From Poseidonia sp. (GTDB taxonomy: Archaea; Thermoplasmatota; Poseidoniia; Poseidoniales; Poseidoniaceae), in contig JAYQVP010000001.1 of the NCBI GenBank assembly GCA_038148515.1, positions 294,102 to 358,101 on the forward strand: a stretch of 64,000 bases of DNA. Direction: 5' to 3'. Of the stretch, positions 1 through 8,192 are shown one piece after another (position 1 is the stretch's first letter; the number at the start of each line of letters is the position of its first letter). The position numbers and the translations under genes were made by a program. The notes beneath the pieces were generated by a model, which did no database searches, was not told the origin of the DNA, and was given only the letters and a program-made list of their open reading frames with translations.

Positions 1-1410
1 CGAGGCATCAGTGAGGCTTTCTAGCAGGTCGCTTGCCCACCAGTCGCGTGAATAGCCGGCGGGAACCAAGTGTTTGTTGTTCTCGAGAAATTCACCGTAA
101 CCAATCACCAATTCCCCGTTGTCCCACACCTGCTTCACTTGAGGACGCAAAGGAACAAAGTCGGCGGGCTCATCGATGCGTAGGAAGGACCCGTCATCGA
201 GCACGACCCACGGCCCTTCTGCTTCATCGCAAGGCGTTATAGCGCAGGCTTTTCCCGGACGCTCAATTTTCATCTGTGTCCCGATGGTGATGAAATCGTC
301 CAACGCCAACATCGTGGTCGTATTGGTGGAAGCAGCGGCTAGACCGGAAGGGCGCGCCCGGCCGTAACGCAAGCGGAAACCACCGGCTTGCAAGGGGCCA
401 CCGAAGACGGGGCGCCCAGCGATGATATCGTTCATGAATTTCGTGATCGGCTTGATCTGTTGGCTCTTGAAGCCCCCTTTGCCACCCCCTTCGCTGGCTT
501 TGCCTTTGGAAGCGAAGGTAGCGATGAAGTCCCAACCAGGGACCTTCATTCGCTCGGTGTGTTTCTGGATTTTGGGGGCTTTCAAGCACATGCCTTCGCC
601 GATGACGAGAAGAACACCGCCACGGATTCGGGCTTCGTCGATGTTGCGTACATTGCCGTAACCAGCGCACTCGATCCGCTCGGTGGATTCGCCGTTGATC
701 ATCACCGGACAGGCGCGGACGATGTCATCGATTTCTTCAGGTGAAGGACGATACTGCAAATTCCCACGGTACAATCCAAATTCTTCCTTCACTCGCTCCA
801 CCTCGGGGTCGGTGGGTTGGTAAGGCCCGACGTTCATCTCCCGCCGAATCATGTCAGCGATGAGCACGGCCAAGGCTTGAGCCGTACCGCCGGCAGCGCG
901 AATAGGTCCAGCGAAGTGCACGGAAACAAATTGAGAACCATCGACGTTGTTGAGCAAGCGAACCTCGCTGATGCCCTCAAGAGGAGCGACGAGTACAGCC
1001 TCGGTCAAGACCGCTAGGCCCACGCGAAGACCGACATCGATGGATTTCTCCAAATCAAAACCTTTCTCGCGGAAACCACGGGCGACGGATTGGGCGATCA
1101 TGATGGAAGTGGTTTCGCGATCGTGTTGGGCAAGCAATTGCCGGATTTCTTCGGCCACCTCGTACCCTTCGAGATGGTCGATCAGCAACTTTTCAGTTCG
1201 CCCAGCAAGGTCGGATGCTCGAGGGATCTCAACGCGAGTTTTGTGGTCCAAACCCTTGCTTCGTGCTCGTTCAGCGATGGCATAGGCTTCATCCGCCCGC
1301 TCGTCCAACCACTGGTGGTAGGCCGTCATCTCTCCCTCAAGGCGTTCCAAATCAAGCCCGAGCAGTGGGTTGTGCTCGGCTAAGGAGGATTTGGAAGGAG
1401 GGGCGCTCAT
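1..1410 (-). CDS. polD2: DNA polymerase II (PolD) large subunit DP2, N-terminal part (5' end of gene inside window, rest runs off window start)
   Basis: Own translation of the minus strand from the ATG at 1410-1408: MSAPPSKSSLAEHNPLLGLDLERLEGEMTAYHQWLDERADEAYAIAERARSKGLDHK...GPIRAAGGTAQALAVLIADMIRRE...GGVLLVIGEGMCLKAPKIQK. The motif order matches the archaeal DP2 N-terminus. The ORF is open to position 1; it is absent from the ORF track because it is truncated. Confidence 0.8.
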   Translation of the reverse strand, partial: MSAPPSKSSLAEHNPLLGLDLERLEGEMTAYHQWLDERADEAYAIAERARSKGLDHKTRVEIPRASDLAGRTEKLLIDHLEGYEVAEEIRQLLAQHDRETTSIMIAQSVARGFREKGFDLEKSIDVGLRVGLAVLTEAVLVAPLEGISEVRLLNNVDGSQFVSVHFAGPIRAAGGTAQALAVLIADMIRREMNVGPYQPTDPEVERVKEEFGLYRGNLQYRPSPEEIDDIVRACPVMINGESTERIECAGYGNVRNIDEARIRGGVLLVIGEGMCLKAPKIQKHTERMKVPGWDFIATFASKGKASEGGGKGGFKSQQIKPITKFMNDIIAGRPVFGGPLQAGGFRLRYGRARPSGLAAASTNTTTMLALDDFITIGTQMKIERPGKACAITPCDEAEGPWVVLDDGSFLRIDEPADFVPLRPQVKQVWDNGELVIGYGEFLENNKHLVPAGYSRDWWASDLLESLTDAS

Positions 1411-1503
1411 CGTTGTTCAGCCAACCTAACCTTGACGACGACCCTTTATCATCCGCGCGGTGGCAGGGTTTGCTTGCTGTGGATAGGAAGGAAAGTTCAT
1501 GTC

Positions 1504-2124
1504 ATGTCCCTCCGAGTCAACAGCATGACGGTTCACGACGATGTGCGCAACCATCCGTCGTGGCCACGCCTCGCTCGCTTGGTCAACGAACTGGCCTTTC
1601 TGGACGGCGGGAGCGATGATGCCTTTACGCTCGCCAGCGGTAAGCATTCGCGTTGGTTCTTTGACACGAAACCCGTGATGATGCACCCCGAAGCCGGCCA
1701 ACTGCTAGGGACGTTGCTGAACATTCGCCTCCAATCGCTGGGTGCGGCTTTTGTCGGGGGCTTGGAGTTGGGTGCTGTCCCCCTCACGGCGTTGGTGATT
1801 GGCTCGTCCGATGCTTCACCGGATCTCCGCGGCTTTATGGTGCGAAAATCAGCCAAAGGCCGAGGTGGTCGGAAAACCAACAACCCGCCCGGCATCGAAG
1901 GATCATCCCTCGCAGGGGGCGGGCCCACCGTGATCGTGGAAGATGTGACCACGACGGGAGGTTCTTCCATTCTCGCCGCCCAGCGTTTGGAAGCCGAGAC
2001 CGATTGCCGCGTTGTGGCGGTGATCAGCATCGTTGACAGGGAGGAAGGAGCTGCTGAGGCCTTTGCCGAGGCGGGGCTTCACTTCGAGAGCCTGCTGACA
2101 CGAAGCGACGTCGTCGAAGCATGA
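1504..2124 (+). CDS. pyrE: orotate phosphoribosyltransferase-like (type I PRTase)
   Basis: FTLASGKHSRWFFDTK, GGLELGAVPL, FMVRKSAKGRGG...IEG, and VIVEDVTTTGGS (PRPP-binding loop) match the OPRT motif order. Start chosen at the internal Met (MSLRV); the 5' extension at 1432 is unlikely. Confidence 0.65.
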   Translation: MSLRVNSMTVHDDVRNHPSWPRLARLVNELAFLDGGSDDAFTLASGKHSRWFFDTKPVMMHPEAGQLLGTLLNIRLQSLGAAFVGGLELGAVPLTALVIGSSDASPDLRGFMVRKSAKGRGGRKTNNPPGIEGSSLAGGGPTVIVEDVTTTGGSSILAAQRLEAETDCRVVAVISIVDREEGAAEAFAEAGLHFESLLTRSDVVEA

Positions 2125-2133
2125 GGGAAGCGC

Positions 2134-3417
2134 ATGCATCGCGTGATTAAGCCCAACACCGTCGACGATGACGGCTTGCTTGAACACGCCCATGATGCCA
2201 CGGCTCCCGAAGGCGTCTTGTTCTATCATGCCAACGAAGGTCAGCCGTTGGCCACCCCGTGGCAAGTCGCCAGTTTGCGGGCCATGATGCTTCGTGAGCA
2301 ACCGCTTGAGGAGGGGTGGATTCTCGACCCTGCATGCGGAAGCGGCATTCAACTGGCCGCATACGCAACCGTTCTGCAGCGACCCGTATTGGGGGTGGAA
2401 TTGGACCCCGACCGTGCTCGCGCAAGCGGGGTTAATCTGCGAACGATGGCTCATCACCACGGCGAAAAACAGGCCGATTGGATGGTGAACAGCACCATAG
2501 TGGCGGGCGATGGTACCGATCCGAGTGCCGTTCTAGCAGCCGTGGGCGATCGCGCTAAGCAACGGGTGGCGTTGCTCCACCTTGACCCGGCCCGGCCACG
2601 CAACAGCCGCGAACACAACCTCGATGAAATGCAACCCCCGCTACCGAACGTGCTCAAAGCGTGGGCGCCGTATCTCAACGATGTCTCCGGACGCGGGCCT
2701 GCACTGGTGTTGGACCTCTCACCTCGCCTGAGCGAACTTCAACGGTTGGAGGTGGAAGGCATCGTGACCGACATTTGGCCCGACCTTGCTATGACGTGGG
2801 AATGGACGTCACGGGGTCGCGGACGAGTGGACCGGTTGGCTCTGTGGTTGGGAGGTGCCAGCGACCCCAAGGCACTTCGTCGATTTGTTAGGGTACCTCA
2901 GCAACTTGGTACACAGCCGACTGTGTTGCGTTCCTTGGCCAACGTTGAGGCGCTCAAGGTCCGTGTGCATCCGCCTCAACGGGGCGAATTCGTGACGGTG
3001 GTAGATGCCGCACTCGTTGAGAGTGGTTTGGCTGCGGCCTGGTTGTCGATGGTCTCCAAGGAAAACGAGCATCGATGGGGTGAGATCGAAGGGCGACGCC
3101 CGCAAGTGCATCACCAACATCCGTTGCGAGTACCTCCCAATGAGGAACATCTCGTGCAGGCGAGCGGTCGCGTGGTGGAGTTGGTAAAATTCAACCTCGA
3201 CGAGTCAACCGTTGACGAGGTCGTTGCGATGGCCCTTGAGCACAAGTTGGCTTCGGTGAAATTGCGCGTGGAATTGGACCCTGCTCTTCATCCTCGCCTT
3301 CAGGGCTCACTTGACCGTCAACTCAGTCGCCGGCACGGCTCCAGGGACGGATTTCTCGTTCATCATCCGAGTCGTGACGTGATGCTGTTGTGCGTCCACC
3401 AACTTGATGAAGGTTGA
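2134..3417 (+). CDS. class I SAM-dependent methyltransferase with an uncharacterised ~250 aa C-terminal domain
   Basis: ILDPACGSGIQLA (motif I, DPxCGSG as in N2-guanine/N6-adenine RNA methyltransferases) and LHLDPARP (motif IV-like). Unique long ORF with no competing frame. The C-terminal half has no motif I can name. Confidence 0.5.
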   Translation: MHRVIKPNTVDDDGLLEHAHDATAPEGVLFYHANEGQPLATPWQVASLRAMMLREQPLEEGWILDPACGSGIQLAAYATVLQRPVLGVELDPDRARASGVNLRTMAHHHGEKQADWMVNSTIVAGDGTDPSAVLAAVGDRAKQRVALLHLDPARPRNSREHNLDEMQPPLPNVLKAWAPYLNDVSGRGPALVLDLSPRLSELQRLEVEGIVTDIWPDLAMTWEWTSRGRGRVDRLALWLGGASDPKALRRFVRVPQQLGTQPTVLRSLANVEALKVRVHPPQRGEFVTVVDAALVESGLAAAWLSMVSKENEHRWGEIEGRRPQVHHQHPLRVPPNEEHLVQASGRVVELVKFNLDESTVDEVVAMALEHKLASVKLRVELDPALHPRLQGSLDRQLSRRHGSRDGFLVHHPSRDVMLLCVHQLDEG

Positions 3418-3467
3418 TGAACGATGAGAACACTCCCAATCTGAGGCTCAGTGGCGCGAATGTCATC

Positions 3468-3476
3468 ATCGCGGTC
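3468..3476 (+). promoter_or_regulatory. putative archaeal TATA box for the S13-S4-S11-rpoD operon (GATATATGG), with GGTGA SD-like element at 3530-3534
   Basis: AT-rich octamer in an otherwise GC-rich 120-nt intergenic region, ~65 nt upstream of the rps13 ATG. Confidence 0.3.
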
Positions 3477-3539
3477 TTGATATATGGGAGGTTGGTCGGA
3501 GGGATGCTTGACACTGTGGTGTGAACGTTAGGTGAGAAC

Positions 3540-4007
3540 ATGGCGCGACCGAAGGATGAGGACCTTGGTGATGATTTTTCATACATTCTGCGAATGGCAG
3601 ATACCGACATGGACGGCTTGAAGCCGTTGGCTACCGCATTGACCTCTGTCAAAGGCGTCGGTGCCCGCACCGCCATTCAAATTTGCAAGAACACCGGGTT
3701 TGACCCTGCACGCCTCGCCGGCTTCCTCTCCGCCGAGCAGCAAGAACAACTCCGCATCGCCATTGAAACCTACGCCGAGAGTGTCCCTCTATGGATGCTG
3801 AACCGCCAGCGCGATCTTGAAACCGGCTCCGAAATCCACCTCACCGGGCAACAGGTTCGCTTCTCTCTTCAGGATGACATCGAGCGACTGCGCACCATGA
3901 AATGCTACCGTGGTGTTCGACACGCTTCTGGCAACAAGGTCCGTGGTCAACGTGGACGCTCCAACGGCCGTGGTGGCCTGACCCTCGGTGTGAGCCGAAA
4001 GAAGTGA
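3540..4007 (+). CDS. rps13: 30S ribosomal protein S13 (archaeal/eukaryotic uS13)
   Basis: MARPKDEDLGDDFSYILRMADTDMDGLKPL...KGVGARTAIQIC...YRGVRHASGNKVRGQR; typical archaeal S13. Confidence 0.95.
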   Translation: MARPKDEDLGDDFSYILRMADTDMDGLKPLATALTSVKGVGARTAIQICKNTGFDPARLAGFLSAEQQEQLRIAIETYAESVPLWMLNRQRDLETGSEIHLTGQQVRFSLQDDIERLRTMKCYRGVRHASGNKVRGQRGRSNGRGGLTLGVSRKK

Positions 4008-4026
4008 TGAATAGGGGGATGAAACG

Positions 4027-4680
4027 ATGGGTGAACCAAAATTTTCTCGACCAAAATACGACACGCCCTCCCACCCTTGGAAGGCTGACAGAATCGAAGA
4101 AGAGCATGCTATTCAGGCCAATCACGGCTTGAAGAACATGAAGGAGATTTGGAAGGCCAAGTCCCAACTGCGACGACATCGACGTCAAGCCATGCGCCTC
4201 ATTGGTATGGTCGACACCTCCGAAGGTCATGGTAAGCGTGAGATGGAAGACCTGCTTCGTTCCCTCCACCACAAGGGCTTGATCCCTTCCGACGCCGGTC
4301 TTGGTGACATCCTGTCGCTGAGCACCGAAGACATGCTCAACCGACGCTTGCAAGCCCAGGTCTACTACAAGGGCCTCGCTTGTTCGATGAAGCAAGCTCG
4401 ACAACTGGTCACCCACGGCCAAATCTGCATCGGAGACCAAAAGGTGACCATCCCCTCCTACCATGTGAGCCGGGACGAGGAAGCCGAACTCCGGTATCAC
4501 CCACGCTCGGCGCTCAACGACCCCAACCACGCCATCCGCAAAGCCATCGAAGGCGTTCGAGAAGCTGCTCAATACGAAGATGGTGAGGAAGTGGACCCCG
4601 TGGCCACCCCGGAATTTGCTGAGGAAGTTCGTGAAGCTGGAGAAGCCTCAACCCAAGCCATTGAAGGAGGTGACGAGTGA
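4027..4680 (+). CDS. rps4: 30S ribosomal protein S4 (uS4, archaeal type)
   Basis: [19 protein letters not shown]...[41 protein letters not shown]; acidic C-terminal tail; follows S13 by 20 nt. Confidence 0.95.
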   Translation: MGEPKFSRPKYDTPSHPWKADRIEEEHAIQANHGLKNMKEIWKAKSQLRRHRRQAMRLIGMVDTSEGHGKREMEDLLRSLHHKGLIPSDAGLGDILSLSTEDMLNRRLQAQVYYKGLACSMKQARQLVTHGQICIGDQKVTIPSYHVSRDEEAELRYHPRSALNDPNHAIRKAIEGVREAAQYEDGEEVDPVATPEFAEEVREAGEASTQAIEGGDE

Positions 4681-5063
4681 TGTCTCGCAAGGCCATTGTC
4701 AACATCTTCAGTTCATACAACAACATTCTGATGACGGCCACCGATTTGACCGGTGCTGAAACCATCACAACCTGCAACGGTGGTGAAGTGGTGAAAGCTG
4801 GCAAGGACAAAGGCGGTCAATTTGCTGCCACTCGAGCGGCTGAACGCATGGCGGACGCTTTGAAAGATAAGGAATTCAACGAACTCATCGTCAAGTACCG
4901 TGCACCTGGCGGCAACCTCTCCAACAACACCGGGCCCGGTGCCCAAGCTGCCATCCGAGCGCTGACCCGCGCCGGTATGACCATCACTCGCATTGAAGAT
5001 GTAACGCCCATCGCTCACGACGGCACCAAGAAGAAAGGTGGCCGACGAGGTCGCCGCGTTTGA
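4680..5063 (+). CDS. rps11: 30S ribosomal protein S11 (uS11)
   Basis: [38 protein letters not shown]...[13 protein letters not shown] overlaps the S4 stop (ATGA). Confidence 0.95.
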   Translation: MSRKAIVNIFSSYNNILMTATDLTGAETITTCNGGEVVKAGKDKGGQFAATRAAERMADALKDKEFNELIVKYRAPGGNLSNNTGPGAQAAIRALTRAGMTITRIEDVTPIAHDGTKKKGGRRGRRV

Positions 5064-5078
5064 TTTGGGGGACTGACC

Positions 5079-6011
5079 ATGAAGACACAGATTGTAGAAG
5101 GCTGGCCACAAGGCCACGAAATTCGAATCCTCATCACCGAAACGGACTCTTCACAGGTCAACGCTATTCGCCGTGCACTCATCGCCGATGTGCCCAAACT
5201 CGCCATCACTCGTGTTGACTTCTCGCAAGGTGTGACTCAAGACAACAAAGGCGAAGTCGTTGAATCCGTGAACGTTCTTCCCGACGAAGTACTCGCTCAT
5301 CGCCTCGCCATGATCCCCATTCCCACCAACATGAACGAGGGGTTGGTCTTCCCCGACGAATGCGCCAACTGCATGGATGTTGTCGAGAAAGACAAAGGGT
5401 GCCCCAGCTGTCAAGTTCTCTACACCCTTTCAGCCCGTGGCCCCGCCACAGACGCTGATGAGGAATTCAAGACCGTGTACGCTGGCGATATCACAACGAT
5501 CTCCGACCCGGTGTTTGACATCCGAGACGAACACAAGCAAATCCCGCTCACCGTGTTGGCCAAGGGTCAATTCCTCGAATTTTACGCCTTTGCCGTCCTT
5601 GGGCGCGGGCGAAACCACGCCAAGTGGTCACCCGTGGCCGCCGTTGGGTTCCGTCCTCAATGCACCGCTGTTCTCAACAACGCCACGAAGGCCAAGGTTC
5701 TGTTCGACCTCGGCTTGAAGACCACCGATGGAACCCCTATCGATGCCAAATTGTTTGGCAAGGACAAGAAGGTCACGGACATCAACCACGTGATGGACCT
5801 CGAGAAGGCCCTTCACCAGGTGGGGCCCGGCACGGGACGTGAGAGCGACTTTGCAGAGGCCATCACCCTCGAGCCCGTCGACAACGCCTACGTGTTCTCG
5901 TACGAAACCGATGGAAGCCTCGACCCCGTCACCGCTTTCAACATGGCTCTTGGAGAGTTAAAGAACCGCTTTGACAACCTCAGTGAAGACGTGGCATCTG
6001 CACTTGCTTGA
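5079..6011 (+). CDS. rpoD: DNA-directed RNA polymerase subunit D (Rpo3, Rpb3 homolog) with Cys cluster
   Basis: Standard archaeal gene order S13-S4-S11-rpoD. Dimerisation-domain motifs are present, and CANCMDVVEKDKGCPSCQ is the 4Fe-4S/Cys-rich insert known from archaeal subunit D. Confidence 0.9.
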   Translation: MKTQIVEGWPQGHEIRILITETDSSQVNAIRRALIADVPKLAITRVDFSQGVTQDNKGEVVESVNVLPDEVLAHRLAMIPIPTNMNEGLVFPDECANCMDVVEKDKGCPSCQVLYTLSARGPATDADEEFKTVYAGDITTISDPVFDIRDEHKQIPLTVLAKGQFLEFYAFAVLGRGRNHAKWSPVAAVGFRPQCTAVLNNATKAKVLFDLGLKTTDGTPIDAKLFGKDKKVTDINHVMDLEKALHQVGPGTGRESDFAEAITLEPVDNAYVFSYETDGSLDPVTAFNMALGELKNRFDNLSEDVASALA

Positions 6012-6045
6012 GCAGGTTCATGAGCCCGTGGCCCCAGGCAGGGGC

Positions 6046-7098
6046 ATGACCACCAGCACCCAAGTCCGTGCTGGAGGCCATATCACCCTGCTGTTTTCAG
6101 TGGAGAAGGACGCTCAACTTCTGCGCAATCAGGGCAGCGTTGGCGCTGGATTTTCAATTGAGCATGGGGTGGCATTAACCGGAACCCTCCATCGAACCGA
6201 CCGTTCCATCCGTCCACGCTCTGAAGGAGCCGAGCCTGAACCCAGAGAGGCCCCGTTTGCACCGATTGAGTCCTCCGTCGTTGTGCACGACCATCTTGGG
6301 GAGAAGGTGCAGGATGTCTCGTTGTACCTTGACATGATCGATGCGTGTCGACAAGCTACACTCCTACGACCGGATGAATGGTTGACCGTTGAGGTGGAGC
6401 TTGAATGTCCCGTCAGCCAAGGGTTTGGCATGTCGGCAGCAGGCCTCATGGCTTTGGGGCGTCTGATTCACGAATTGACCCAACGGGGTCGGTGGTTGCA
6501 GTACCTCAAGTTGGCGCACCGAATCGAACGCCAGCGAGGAGGCGGGCTTGGCGATGTGCTGGGCGGTTCGGTGGGTGGCATTGAGTTGCGAACCGCACCC
6601 GGCGCTCCGGGTTGGCCAGGGGCGGCGACGGGATTCGAGGCCTCATCTCCCGTTTTGTTGGTTTGGGACCCATCCGAATCCCGCCATACATCAACCTACA
6701 TCGACGACCCGACGTGGCAAGAACGTATCACCTCCGCCGGCCGGGCGAGCGTTCGCGTTCTTGCTGCGTCTCCATGGAACATCGACGCTTGGCCAACATT
6801 GTTGGAACAGTCTCGGATGTTTGCGACAGCGTCTGGACTGGTGGATGAAACGGCCCGAGCGCATGTGTACCGGGACGTGTTGGACGCCTTGTCCAGCTCG
6901 GGCCAAGCCGCTGTTTGGGCGGCGAGGTTATGCATGCTGGGCAGTTCTGTCGCCGTGTTGCCCAGACAACTCAACGCTGCCGGCAAGGAAGAGGATTTGC
7001 AACAGGTGGCCGTGTTGCTCGAAGAGCAAGGGTACGACGTGTTGGTTACGGCTCTGGCCGGCGTTACGACTCTGGATTCAGTCGGGAAAGATCGATAG
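6046..7098 (+). CDS. GHMP-family kinase, most likely archaeal pantoate kinase (alternatively GHMP-type shikimate kinase)
   Basis: GGHITLLFSV near the N-terminus, GAGFSIEHG, and GGGLGDVLGGSVGGIELR (GHMP phosphate-binding glycine-rich loop). Start placed at the internal Met MTTSTQV to avoid overlap with rpoD. Confidence 0.55.
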   Translation: MTTSTQVRAGGHITLLFSVEKDAQLLRNQGSVGAGFSIEHGVALTGTLHRTDRSIRPRSEGAEPEPREAPFAPIESSVVVHDHLGEKVQDVSLYLDMIDACRQATLLRPDEWLTVEVELECPVSQGFGMSAAGLMALGRLIHELTQRGRWLQYLKLAHRIERQRGGGLGDVLGGSVGGIELRTAPGAPGWPGAATGFEASSPVLLVWDPSESRHTSTYIDDPTWQERITSAGRASVRVLAASPWNIDAWPTLLEQSRMFATASGLVDETARAHVYRDVLDALSSSGQAAVWAARLCMLGSSVAVLPRQLNAAGKEEDLQQVAVLLEEQGYDVLVTALAGVTTLDSVGKDR

Positions 7099-8098
7099 GA
7101 CTTGCATCCAACATCAGGACACCGGGCAGGAACAAGTTGGCGCAAAAGCCGTGGCGGAACATGATTGCTCCACTGCCCCACTCCTCGATGTATCGGTCCA
7201 TTTGTTTCTTCATTTTCTTTCGCTGGAATTCAACATCAGCCCCGTAGAAATGTTTGGCGTCAATCCACGCCACAGGTTCGCCGTTGATGTAGACATGGTC
7301 GAGGAACAACAGGTCGGGCGTGCGGACCGGGCGCCCCAACAACTCCGACTGTTCCTTGACCATCTCGGGCTGACGGCGCAGGCGAATACCTTTGGCCTCA
7401 AACCAATCAGCGAGGATGTCTTCAAACAAATCCGCCTTCAGTTGGGTTTCGCCTTGGTCGACGTTGGAGACGCGATCTGCGGCTTCGGCTGCTTCGAATT
7501 CTTGTCGCTCCCTCTCTTTTAATGCTGAAGGATTCCGCAATTTTTCTTTGATGGTGTTTTTTGACCATCCCATGGCTTCCAGCACGACGCGAAACACATT
7601 CATGGGAGGAAAATCGTAGATTTTTGATAATTCAACGACCGATTCACCCTCTCGATACCGTCGGGCCAATTCCTTTCCTTTCGAGCGAAGGCGATGGTGA
7701 GAATAGACGGTTTTTTGTTGGAGCAGGGCCGAACGAAGGGACAAGGCCTGGTCAAGCGTGATGTTTTCACCCCGCACCTGCCCCTCAATTTCTGCGACGC
7801 GAGCGTCTTCAAGCCACCCAAACTCGCCACGTTTCAACACCAGACCCGCCAACTTTTCCTCGGTCTTCAACGGAACGGGTTTGAGCGCCCATTCGAGATG
7901 AAACGTCTGGGGAGGGGTTTCATCCACGAAAAGAGCCATCGGCAACGGCGTTCGGTCAAAACGGGCTTCGGCTTTCGCACGCATCTGCTTGATGTCCTTC
8001 GCAAAACGCTCTTGCTGGGCTGCAATCGACGGCCCTCCATACCGTTTTGAGGACCCGCGACGAGACGATGAACGACTGGACCGTTGGTCTCGTGCCAT
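7064..8098 (-). CDS. CDIN1/C15orf41-like PD-(D/E)xK nuclease with N-terminal helix-turn-helix region (TPD motif family)
   Basis: C-terminal VRTPDLLFLDHVYINGEPVAWIDAKHFYG contains both PD (TPD) and (D/E)xK (IDAK) of a restriction-endonuclease-like fold. The N-terminal ~200 aa are basic/helical. Start chosen at the internal Met MARDQ. Confidence 0.45.
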   Translation of the reverse strand: MARDQRSSRSSSRRGSSKRYGGPSIAAQQERFAKDIKQMRAKAEARFDRTPLPMALFVDETPPQTFHLEWALKPVPLKTEEKLAGLVLKRGEFGWLEDARVAEIEGQVRGENITLDQALSLRSALLQQKTVYSHHRLRSKGKELARRYREGESVVELSKIYDFPPMNVFRVVLEAMGWSKNTIKEKLRNPSALKERERQEFEAAEAADRVSNVDQGETQLKADLFEDILADWFEAKGIRLRRQPEMVKEQSELLGRPVRTPDLLFLDHVYINGEPVAWIDAKHFYGADVEFQRKKMKKQMDRYIEEWGSGAIMFRHGFCANLFLPGVLMLDASPIDLSRLNPES

Positions 8099-8192
8099 GT
8101 GCGTTGGGCGTTGGCGACACTCAATGAAGCCTCGCACCAGCACCTGCACCGCTGCACGCATCATTGATAACGGAAATCTGTGTCCTCAAGGC

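Noticed and set aside
388-744. Several plus-strand ORFs (33-242, 176-367, 388-744, 947-1285, 1090-1383, 1215-1619) in the first 1.6 kb
   Set aside because: All lie antisense or out of frame within the PolD large-subunit gene, whose translation is unambiguous. They are high-GC artefacts.
6548-7522. 324-aa plus-strand ORF overlapping the pantoate-kinase 3' half and the CDIN1-like gene
   Set aside because: Cys/Arg/Trp-rich nonsense composition, frame-shifted relative to the convincing GHMP kinase ORF and antisense to the nuclease gene.
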